Positions 39,801 to 51,800 of a DNA stretch of 64,000 bases are shown here, piece after piece. A program made the translations under genes and the position numbers. Origin of the DNA: Malacoraja senta (taxonomy: Eukaryota). The notes under the pieces are model-generated. The model was not told where the DNA came from, did not search any database, and saw only the letters and a program-made list of their open reading frames with translations. Every line of letters begins with the position of its first letter. The stretch's first letter is position 1. Location of the stretch: contig JAXLNO010003629.1 in NCBI GenBank assembly GCA_038087875.1, positions 62,001 through 126,000 on the forward strand, written 5' to 3'.

Positions 39801-42800
39801 AGATAATTCTCCACAGGTGTAAAGGGATTGGGATTTGTTCATTGCTCTAACGTTTGCCGAGATACAGTGAATGAGGTTGGATCCAACTACTTTGATCGTC
39901 ATGTTTTCCCCAGCGAAATCTCCTTTGCAGAATATTCTAGGCTGCAGGAGTACGTGCTGAGGGACACACTGAAGATCAGTGCAGACAAAGCAAAGGCATT
40001 GTGGAATAGAACAACAGTCCATGGACCATCTGCCACCAGTCCCCGCCGAGCTAAATCTAATGTACAAACCTCTGAAACACTTGAATTGGTATAATCTCAG
40101 GATGCAGCGTGAGTGTCAAGAGTGTTATGTACACAAAATGTGTGAACACTGTCAAAGTGAGGAACAATCACACTATGTCTGTGTAGTCTGTACAATATCA
40201 AATTCAGATTTAGATTCATATTAGTTCATTGTCATATACATTTGGGTAAAACACATTCATTGTTCAGATAAAGTAAATTATAATAAAAGGTACATTAAAA
40301 AATGCAACAAAAGCAAAACAGCAGAATGGTGCAGAGATTGCAGTGCAGTCTGAAGTAATGCAACATAAAACTAACGTTTATGAAAATGCCCCAGGGGATG
40401 ATGAGTGTTTGTGGCTCTGGGCTTGGACTAGCTGGAGTTTAGAAGAATGAGGGGCGTGTCTAGGTTTTCACTTGAGGTGAGATTGAGCCCAGTCATTGGA
40501 CTTGTACAAACCACTACTCACTCTGAATCTCATTGATCTCTTTTTCACAGTTGAGGCAAGTGCACAGAAGCCTCTGTTGGGCAGTGACGTCACACTCAGC
40601 TGCACCATCTCCAGACTCTCAGATACAGTCAGTCTTCACTGGAGACCCATGGACTCATCCCAGCAGAACAGGAGCAACACTGATCAGATCCGCCTGGATA
40701 ACACGGTCTATCTGATGGTTCAACACGTTACATTGGAGGATGGGAAGCTGTATGTGTGTGATGTGCAGGAAAACGGAAACATTGTTCACACAAGTAACGG
40801 AGATTTTACTGTAGACAACAGTGAGTGTAAACACCTCCCATTGGATATCAAGTAGACACTTGTATCACGGTGCTTCTTGTAATATTATATAATCATATAA
40901 CCATATAACAATTACAGCACGGAAACAGGCCATCTCGACCCTTCTAGTCCGTGCCGAACACGTATTCACCCCTAGTCCCATATACCTGCGCTCAGACCAT
41001 AACCCTCCATTCCTTTCCCGTCCATATAACTATCCAATTTATTTTTAAATTATAAAAACCAGCCTTCCTCCACCACCTTCACTGGAAGCTCATTCCACAC
41101 AGCCACCACTCTCTGAGTAAAGAAGTTCCCCCTCATGTTACCCCTAAACTTCTGTCCCTTAATTCTCAAGTCATGTCCCCTTGTTTGAATCTTCCCTACT
41201 CTCAGTGGGAAAAGCTTATCCACGTCAACTCTGTCTATCCCCCTCATCATTTTAAAGACCTCTATCAAGTCCCCCCTTAACCTTCTGCGCTCCAAAGAAT
41301 AAAGCCCTAACTTGATCTAATTAAGCCCTAATTATGTGTGTGCCCCGTGAAGAACTGTGACAGTGACCAACTGCTCTCCAGTATAAAATGCTGCAATGAT
41401 CAGGGAGAAGTTTACAGAAAGTCTCTCTGTGGAGCAGATGCCTGCTTGTCTCTGTGTGACAGACACACAGCAAAGGAGGGGGATGTCTTTCTGTAACCAT
41501 TCTTCAGTCAAGTATTTTGTCAGTTTATCTTGCCATCAATGCTCCAGTATCTGAGACTGAGATACTGATCTCAAAGTGTCAGATAGAAAGTGTAGTCACC
41601 ATGACAACCACCCGCATTTGCTGCTCACACTCACACTGGGGGTCCCGGCCCACACATCAGCACTGAACAACAATCCATCCCCTCTCCCCTCACTGACCCT
41701 TCTCTCCGAGTCTGGTGTTGCTTGAAGTGATTCCACCTGCTGCAGACTCGGGATTCGGATCTGCATTCAGCTGGGAGCAGGACCCGGGAACAGGGAAGGA
41801 CAGGGAATCAATGGGTGTGAATGGGAGAGGGATGGTGGGAATAATGGGAATGAAGGGACGGGAAGACCCGACCCACTTGAAGTGCCAACCTGTCCGGGTC
41901 AGTCCCCACGCAGGCATCCTCTGGGCTGCTTCTGTACGCAGCCTGAACCTGCACCACCTCCTGCAGACAGACTGACAGAGACATTCACCTCCCAGACCGC
42001 TCTCAGGAGTCTCCGGGAGGTTTCATTCCATCCCGGGAGATTCCCGGACAATCCGGGTGTGGGGGCGAACCTAATGTTGAAATGTAGAGTGGAATATCCA
42101 AACTTCACTGCAATTTACTGCCGTACAGGACATTGTATTTTATAAAGATCTGATGAGTTTAGTGCGGCATTCATGAAAGATGTTACATTTGAAACTTGAT
42201 CAGCTGAACAAAACACCACGAATGTTTATAAGAAGAAGGTTGAGAATCTCTGTATGGCACGGTAACTGTAATACTGAAAGGAGTTATCCTCTGTCTCTCT
42301 GATACAGATTTATATAAAGGGAGATACAGACTTTACCGCTCCAGCACAGATCACAGTGAACTTCACCTGGTTTGTTCTGGGAGTTATGGTCGTAGCTATT
42401 CCCGTGCTGAGTGGTTCTGGACACCTCTTCACCTTCAACAGCAGAAAGTAATAGCATCTGCAGACCGTTCTCAGCCCATCAATGTCAAAGGGACCGACTT
42501 CGGGAATCGACTGGTGACCTCAGGGAAACCCTTCGATGGCAAGGATTTCAGTGTGAGGATTGTCCCCGTTTTGTTTCAAGATGCCGGAGTTTACACATGT
42601 TTTCTGGAACCAAATCGATTTCGCACCATTTATCTAGTCACAGTGAAAGGTAGGAGACAGAATGTTGCCACTGAGTTTACTGATGAACTTATTGTTTAAA
42701 ATGTAAACAACCTGCTTGTTTCCACAGTCACAGCTGAACCGTCTGATGCAGTGACTGAGGGAGACAACGTTACCCTGACCTGCTCTGTGTCTCACGTCAT

Positions 42801-45800
42801 TGAGTCAATGAGACTGGTTTGGATCAATGGCGATGGCAAAAGTGTTGGAGAAAAGACACTGACCGGGAAAGAGAAATCACTGAGTCTGGTTATTCAGAAA
42901 GCTGAGAGAGGCAGAGGGAACTGCAGATGTGGTTTGTTTCATCAAGGCCTGCCCCGGCTTTTTGTCCCGTACTATCAGGAGCCCCGTGGTAAGTGATAAG
43001 GGTTTGTTCTTCATATTTAGAGTTATGATTGAGTTTTGATGTCGCTTATTGATGCTGAAATTTGAATGGAATATTTTCTTCCAGTTTGAGTGGTCTAACT
43101 CTGTTATGATCAATGAATTCTCAAATTTCAAATAACACTTCCCGAACCCCACTTCTCCCCCCTTCATTGTGCACGCATTTATCCCACCACCCAGTTATCC
43201 TATTCTCTTCCCTTCCTCTTTCAACTCATCTCCCACCCCTTCCTTGAGTTTTCCTTTTATGTTCTTGCTCCACTTCCACCCATATCCCTCCCTCTGTTAC
43301 TGATCTGACTGTAGATCAGTCAGTATTAGTTGACCTGATCTACGTCATGTTTTACTGCATGCCGCTGTGTACTCAAACAGTCATCATATTATCTAGTCTG
43401 TTAGTCCAGCCTCTAGTTAGATTCGTTGCTGAGCTTGAGCTTACAGAACCTAAGTATTTGAGCTCTGTGTGTTTACTATAACAAACAACTTCTTCTTATG
43501 TATGGATCCTGTTATTACACGTGTTTATACTGACAACCTTTTGTCTCCATTTCACCCCTCCATTTTGTCATTATCTCCATCCATCTACTCATCACCATTC
43601 CCCACCTGTATCCACCTATCACTCACCATGCTTTGTCTCATGCCTACTTCCCTTCCCCAGTTGTCACTCTCCCATTCCATCAGCCTGAGAATGCATCCTG
43701 ACATGAAACGTCATCAATCCATTCCTTCCACAGATGCTGCCTGACCCATTGAGTTTCTCCAACACTTTGCGTTTGATCAACATTCCACAATCTGCAGTTT
43801 CTTGTGTCTCCATGGAGACCCACTGGTCAACGTGGGCAGATTGCTGCAGAGGGCCTGTTTCCATGCTGTTCCATGATGATGAATTATAACGTACAACTTA
43901 GTAAAGATTAATTCTCTGCAATATTGCTAATGACAAGGTCAGTGAAAAATTATTGTCCAACATTTACTCATTTGTTCTCTTTTCCTACAGGAAGTGGACA
44001 TTATATGTACTTTTTGCATCAGGAAGGCAACTTTGTATTGAAAGGACCTGGAAATGGCCCCATTGACTTGGAATGGAGGCCACACTCAGGGCAACAAACC
44101 ACAAAGCGATTGGCCACTTTCCACAGAGAAGATCAGCAGTGGGACGTACAATGGAGTGATGAGTACAATCAAATACCAGGCATCTCCCAGAGGATGCATG
44201 CGGACTGGGGTACCCTTAATCTGAGGATCAGGATGCCCACATTCAAACTTGCAGGACTGTTCACCTGGAATCAGACACAGCCCGCTGGGAAAATCCTGAG
44301 ACAGTGGGAACTATTTGGGATTAAAAGTAATAGAGTCATAATGTCACACAGCACTGAAACAGGCCCTTTGGCCCAATTCATCCATACTGACCAACTACCC
44401 ATCTAAACATCCCATTTGCCCTCATTTGGCCCTTATCCCTTTAACCTTTTTTCCCATCTACCTGTTTAAATGCCCTTTAAATACTGTACCTACATCAAAC
44501 ACTTCCTCTGCTCGATCTTTCCATAAAGTATGTTCATGTACCACACTCTTTGTCAAAAAACTGCCCCTAATATTAAGGGGTATATCAAATCTGCCCCTCT
44601 CACCTTAAACATGTACTACCTAGTTTTTGATTCCCCAACCCTGGAAAAAAAGACCATGTGCGTTTACTATAGATATGCCTCTCATGATTTTATTCACTCC
44701 CATATAATCTCTGTTAAAGACATCCAAGAAATATAATCAGTCTGAAGAAGGGTCTCAACCTGAAACGTCACCTATCTATGTTATCTAGAGTTCAAAGGTC
44801 TTTTATTGTCACGTGTACCAATTAAGTGATATTCATATTACCAGACATGCTGAATTACTCCTGCACTTTATGTCCTTTTAAATATTTACCAGCACCTGCA
44901 GTTCTGTGTTTCTACTATACTAAAACATCCCTACCTGGAAGTGTTGATGTGGGAGACGAGGGGGCGAGGGGGACAGGTGGTCACTACCAGGAAGTGTTGA
45001 TGTGGGAGACGAGGGGGCGAGGGGGGAAAAGGTGGTCACTACCAGGAAGTGTTGATGTGGGAGACGAGGGGGCGAGGGGGACAGGTGGTCACTACCAGGA
45101 AGTGTTGATGACATCACTGAGCACGGCAGCTCAACATTCAGCCAACTGTCTGCCTGCAGGAAAAAGACAATTCTGCCCACAGTAGTTCAGAAAGCTGTTG
45201 GTGAACTGAACCACATGTGTCTGTTTCCACAGTTGAGGCAGACTCACCGAGGCCAGTGATGGGCAGTGACATCACCCTCAGCTGTACCATCTCCAGACTC
45301 CCAGATACCATCAGTCTTCACTGGAAACCAAGAGGCTCGTCTCAGCAGAACTGGAGGAACAACACTGATAAGATCCGTCTGAATAACGCCGTCTATCTGA
45401 TGATCCAACACATTGGAGCAGGAAATCCCAATCTATACACATGGGAAGTGCAGGAAAATACCTCCATTGTTCTCACTGGAGACACCAATGTTGAAGTGGA
45501 TCAGGGTGAGTCCAAAGCTGCCTTGCAGCAGGTATTAAATAGTTCTTGATATCAAACTGTTCCACATGTTGTATAGTGAGCACTGACTCCACCCGTGGGC
45601 TTCCACACTGCAGGATGTGGACATTGCCTTTACCCTGGGACATGGTGTAAATATAAAATGGTGGCACTAAGATTGATGGAGCCACACAGGAGAACCAAGG
45701 GATTTATTTCAGTTCATCTGCATGAATCAAAGAGAATAATATCCAGTGATGGAAATAACATCTAGTTTTCAGTGTATAACAGAACAGGAAAATATGACCT

Positions 45801-48800
45801 AATTCAAGTATAAATGCAGAGGAAATATCAGAATCAGAATCAGAATCACATTTTATTGGCCACGTAATCATACACAAGGAATTTGACAGTGCTTTGCTCG
45901 CATGTGGTAAAAACACGATATACAGCAGACAATTAAAAATAAAACATTATAATTTAAACAAGTGAAAATAAAGTACCGGAGTAAAAAGAGGCTACCGACT
46001 TTTGGCTGTTGAGTAGAGCTACGGCTCGTGGGAAGAAGTTGTTTTTATGTCTGGCTGTGGCAGCTTTGATAGTCCGGACTCACCTGCCAGAGGGAAGTGA
46101 TTCAAAGAGTTTGTGGCCAGGGTGAGAGAGGTCAGAGATGATCTTGCCCGCTCGCTTCCTGGCGCTTGCAGTGTATAGTTCATCAATGGAGGGAAGGTTG
46201 CAGCCAATAACCTTCTCTGCTGATCGGACGATTCGCTGCAGACTCCAGGTGTCGTGCTTGGTGGCTGAGCCAAACCAGACCATGATGGAGAAGGTGAGGA
46301 CAGACTCTATGATGGCCGTGTAGAATTGGACCATCATTGCCTGTGGCAGGTTGTGTTTCCTCAGCTGCCGCAGGAAGTACATCCTCTGTTGGGACTTTTT
46401 GATTGTGGAGTCGATGGTGGCCTCCCAGTTGAGGCGCTGGAGATGATACATAGATACATAGATACATAGAAAATAGGTGCAGGGGTAGGCCATTCGGCCC
46501 TTCGAGCCTGCACCGCCATTCAATATGATCATGGCTGATCATCCAACTCAGTATCCCGTACCTGCCTTTTCTCCATACCCCCTGATCCCTTTAGCCACAA
46601 GGGCCACATCTAACTCCCTCTTAAATATAGCCAATGAACTGGCCTCAACTACCCTCTGTGGCAGAGTGTTCCAGAGATTCACCACTCTCTGTATGAAAAT
46701 GTTTTTCCTCATCTCGGTCTTAAAGTATTTCCCCCTTATCCTTAAGCTGTGACCCCTTGCCCTGAACTTCCCCAACATCGGGAACAATCTTCCTGCATCT
46801 AGCCTGTCCAACCCCATAAGAATTTTGTACGTTTCTATAAGATTCCCTCTCAATCTCCTAAATTCTAGCGAGTATAAGCCAAGTCTATCCAGTCTTTCTT
46901 CATATGAAAGTTCTGACATCCCAGGAATCAGTCTGGTGAACCTTCTCTGCACTCCCTGTATGGCTATAATGTCTTTCCTCAGATTTGGAGACCAAAACTG
47001 TACGCAATACTCCAGGTGTGGTCTCACCAAGACCCTGTACAACTGCAGTAGAACCTCCCTGCTCCCATACTCAAATCCTCTTGGTATGAAGGCCAACATA
47101 CCATTCGCTTTCTTCACTGCCTGCTGCACCTGCATGCCTACTTTCAATGACTGGTGTACCATCACACCCAGGTCTCGCTGCATCTCCCCATTTCCTAATC
47201 GGCCACCATTTAGATAATAGTCTGCCTTCCCGTTTTTGCCACCAAGGTGGATAACCTCACATTTATCCACATTATACTGCATCTGCCAAACATTTGCCCA
47301 CTCACCCAGCCTATCCAAGTCACCCTGCAGTCTCCTAGCATCCTCCTCACAGCTAACACTGCCCCCCAGCTTAGTGTCATCCTCAAACTTGGAGATGTTA
47401 CTTTCAATTCCCTCGTCTATTTCATTAATATAAATTGTAAATAGCTGGGGTCCCAGCACTGAGCCTTGCGGTACACCACTAGTCACTGCCTGCCATTGTG
47501 AAAAGGACCCGTTTACTCCTACTCTTTTCTTCCTGTTTGCCAGCCAGTTCTCTATCCACATCAATACTGAACCCCCAATAACGTGTGATTTAAGTTTGTA
47601 TCCTAATCTCTTATGTGGTACCTTGTCGAAAGCCTTCTGAAAGTCCAGATACAACACATCCACTGGTTCTCCCCTATCCACTCTACTAGTTACATCCTCG
47701 AAAAATTCTATAAGATTCGTCAGACACGATTTACCTTTCGTAAATCCATGCTGACTTTGTCCAATGATGATGCCGAAGAAATTAAATGACTCCACAGTTG
47801 TGAGTGTGGTGTTGTTGAAGATGAGTGGGGCGAGGGGAGGGGGAGCTCTACAATCAGGAGGGGAGGATTGAGTCTACAATCAATTCCACTGTCTTATGAG
47901 CACTGAGCTTCAGGTTGTTGCGATGTGAACAGCACACCAGCTTTATGATTAGGGTGCCTTGGACATCGTGCTGAAGTAAGCATGCAGGTACAGCAGGCAA
48001 TGGAGAAAGCAAATGGCATGTTGGCCTTCATAGCGAGATGATTTGAGTATAGGAGCAAAGAGATCCTACTGCAGTTGTACGGGGCCCTGGTGAGACCACA
48101 CCTGGAGTATTGTTTGCAGTTTTGGTCCCCTAGTTTGAGAAAGGACATTCTTGCTATCGAGGGAGTGCAGCATAGGTTCACCAGGTTAATTCCTGGAATG
48201 GCGGACTGACATATGATGAACGAATGGATCGACTGGATTTATCACTGAAATTTAGGATGAGAGGGGATCTTATAGAAACGTATAAAATTATTAAGGGATT
48301 GGGCAGGCTAGATGCAGGAAAAATGTTCCCCATGTTGGGCGAGTCCAGAACCAGGGGGTCCCAGCTGACATCCCAGAGCCATGGGTTTGTCCCTGTGGAA
48401 ACTCACAACATTATATCTCGGCGTGTGTGGAAATCTAATTCTTTGTTCCCTGTCCCTCTCTTGCAGGTTTACATAACAAGACGTACACAGTTTATCGCTC
48501 AGTCACAGATCACAGTGAACTCGACCTGATTTGTGAAGCTTCTCCTGAGCTCAGTGAAACGAAATGGACTTGGAAATCACCACGTTTCCAGAATCAAGAG
48601 ATGGAAATCGCTTCTTCTCACAGGTCTGAGCCGATACATGTCGACAGGAGCTACTTTGGGAATCGACTGGAAACCACAGAGGGAAATGTGAATGGCAAGA
48701 ATTTCCGTGTGAGGATTGTCCGCGTGCAGTTTGCAGATGCTGGAGTTTACACATGTTCCACGGGATCAAATATATATGTGAACATTGACCTAATCACAGT

Positions 48801-51800
48801 TATAGGTAGGAGACTGGATGTTACTACTTTTAAGAATTAAGTTACTGGTAATCTGAGTACAGACTGTAATGTCAGCAGAAATTCCCAAGTTTGAAGAATT
48901 ATTTTACCTCCAGAGCTTATTTGTATTTTGCTGAACCCAAAATCTGCCCTAAACCAACATTATTGGGAAGCACATCAAATGTTATTTTCATTTATTTTGC
49001 TGAAAACACATTGTTTTATACATAAGGGAGGGAATATGATGAAGGTTGATTCACATAGGTGCAAATGAGCTTCTATCGGAAATATTAAAAAAATCATTCA
49101 ACTTCTCTCAACACATTCCCCAAGTTTCTTTGACCTCAAACGACCCATCCTAATTTTTGAAGGCTCACTGGAGGCTTTAAACTGAGTGTATTTTGTGGAA
49201 TTTATCGATTAATATTTACCTGGATGAGTGTTGTGGCCAAAACTGTGGCCAGAGACAATGATGTGGGCATTGGTTGCTCTTTGTATAATTAGTTCAAAAC
49301 TGTTGTGAATGATTATGGAAAAGACACTTGGGGAGGTACATGGATTGGAAAGTTGCAGAGGGATATGGGCCAAATGTGGGAACATATTTTAGATGGAGCA
49401 TCTTGGGCGGCATGGATGAGTTGGGCTGAATGGACCGAATTGTTTCATGCTGTATGACTATGCCTCTAACTCTTGTTGTGTAATATAATTTTCCACACTT
49501 AGAACACCAGATACTGGTGTCAAAGTACTGAGAAAAACACAATCCAGACAAAATTCATTGTTTTACGATTTTCTTCTTTCCACAGTCACAACTGAACCAT
49601 CTGGCGCTGTGACTGAGGGAAGAAAGATTACCCTGACCTGCTCTGTGTCTCATGTCACTGAGTCAATGAGACTGGTTTGGATCAATGGTGAAGGCAAAGT
49701 TGTAGAGGAGAAAAATCTCATGCAAACAAAGCAGGAGGACAATTCTTTGCAGCTGATTATTGCAATAGCTGATGGAGTAAGAAGGAAATGGACATGTGGT
49801 TTGTTTCATCAAAGTACAGCCAAGGTTTTCATTCCATATAATCTGCAGGTGAACAGTAAGTTTCTTAGCTTCTGCTCTTCATTATCTCGCCACAGAGTTC
49901 TTGTCACGTTGCTATTCTTTTTGGATAACTTTTAACATTCCATGTCTTACTGCAAGTAGAGCTCAATCATAGACATTTCCTTCAAACCTCTTGTCCATGC
50001 CTATAAGGTCATTTCTATTGTAAGTAGTCCAGGTCTCTGAAGCATATGGGAGCACATGGATCACTACTGCTGGCAGACCACTGACCAAGACCTGTGATGG
50101 CCATCTCATTGAAGGTGATCGGAAATTTCATCAACAATGTCTGTCCTTGTTGATAAGTGTCTCCAGAGGTATGAAAACCAGTCCACTAGTATGAAAGCCA
50201 GTGTGTCACTGTGAACCTTTTTGTCAGAAGTCAGTATAGTAAGGTGGGCAGCTTGGTGGAAGATCTTTGCCATAACACCCAAACTGTGCCACTTAAAGAT
50301 CACAAAAGTAGTGAAAATCATCTTGAAAATAGTTGTACGTTTCTTTCCCCTGTTCTGATGCTGTAAAACATTACAGCGGTTGAAGCATCCACAGTAACTT
50401 CACCAAAGGCTGCCATGTGAGAACAGAAGATGTGGGGGAGGGAATACTGATGTCTTCACCTTGTCTGACCATGATGGCTCAGTGGTAGGGTTGCAGCCTT
50501 ACAGCGCCAGGGACCCGGGTTCAATGCTGACTACAGGTGCTGTCTGTATGGAGTTTGTACCTTCATCCCGTGCCCTGTGTGGGTTTTCTCCAGGATTTCC
50601 GGTTTTCTCCCAAATTCCAAAGATGTACAAGTCTGTAGGTTAATAGGCTTAGTTTAATTGTATGTTGTCCCTGGTGTGTGTAGGATAGTGTTAGTCTGTG
50701 GGAATCGCTGGTTGGTGTGGACTCGGCGAGCCCAAGGGCCTGTTTCCGCGCTGTATCTCTAAACTAAACTAAACACGCCCTTTCCTCCCAATCCCACCCA
50801 TCCATTAATCCCTGCCCTTCATGTGGTCCGAAGCCTCGGTGAAAGACATTTTGTACAATGCTGACATAAGGCAAAGCACTGACCCCTAACAGAGGAAGAT
50901 CCTGTAAACACCCAGTCACAAAGAAACAATCTCCACCACACATAGATCAATGAAGAGTCAGTGAAGCACAAAGTGGAAAGTATCAATGTCCCAACAGGAA
51001 CACTTTAATTCCTCACAGATAATCACATCATCCAATCATAGAATTGTGGAATGGTTGTAGCAGAGAAGGTGGCCATTTGACCCATGCTAACTCTCATCCA
51101 GAGCAACTCGCTAATTCTACCCCCTCTCCTTTTGCCATCACATTGCAGCTTTTTCATCACTATATATTTGTCCAATTCTCTCTGGAAAGCCATGATAGAA
51201 CCCAGCTCTCCAACTGATGCAGACAGTACACTTCAGACTCCAACTACCTGCTGCCTAAAAAGATTTTCCACAAGTCATTCTAACATGTTTCCCCTTTATT
51301 TTAAACCTATAACTTTTTGTGCTCAGCCTTTCCACTGAAGGGAGCATCCTTCCACAATCCATTCTGTTCAGACTGAATATATGAGGCATAAATGAACAAT
51401 GATGCCATTGATGTGATGAAAGAGCATTATTGACTCTTGTCTTCAAACTCTCTCTTCAGTGTGCCATGGTAATAACTGGACAGAGAACAGCCATAAAAAG
51501 TATCTCAATTAAACCAACCATGTTTACTGTTTAGTTTAGGTTAGAGATACAGCGCGGAAACAGGCCCTTCGGCCCACCAGGTCCACGCCAACCAGCGATC
51601 CCCGCATATTAACACTATCCTACACCCACTAGGGACAATTTTTACATTTACCAAGCCAATTAACCTACAAAGCTGTACGTCTTTGGAGTGTGGAAGGAAA
51701 CCGAGGATCTCGGAGAAAATCCATGCAGGTCCCGGGGAGAAAGTACAAACTCCGTACAGACAGCACACATAGTCGGGATCGAGCCCGTGTCTCCGGTGCT

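Noticed and set aside
41878-42073. hAT-MITE-like relic (ccgggagattcccggacaatccggg)
   Set aside because: Termini are too degraded and no TSD was found, so boundaries cannot be supported
44931-45110. Minisatellite (and the 60292-60640 array) as CRISPR arrays
   Set aside because: Units are contiguous with no unique spacers, there are no cas genes, and the context is eukaryotic intronic or TE sequence
38174-49855. Ig exons as rearranging antigen-receptor (IgNAR/IgW/TCR) segments
   Set aside because: No RSS, no J-type FGxG or WGxG motif and no C1-set constant domains; the V domains are ordinary spliced exons
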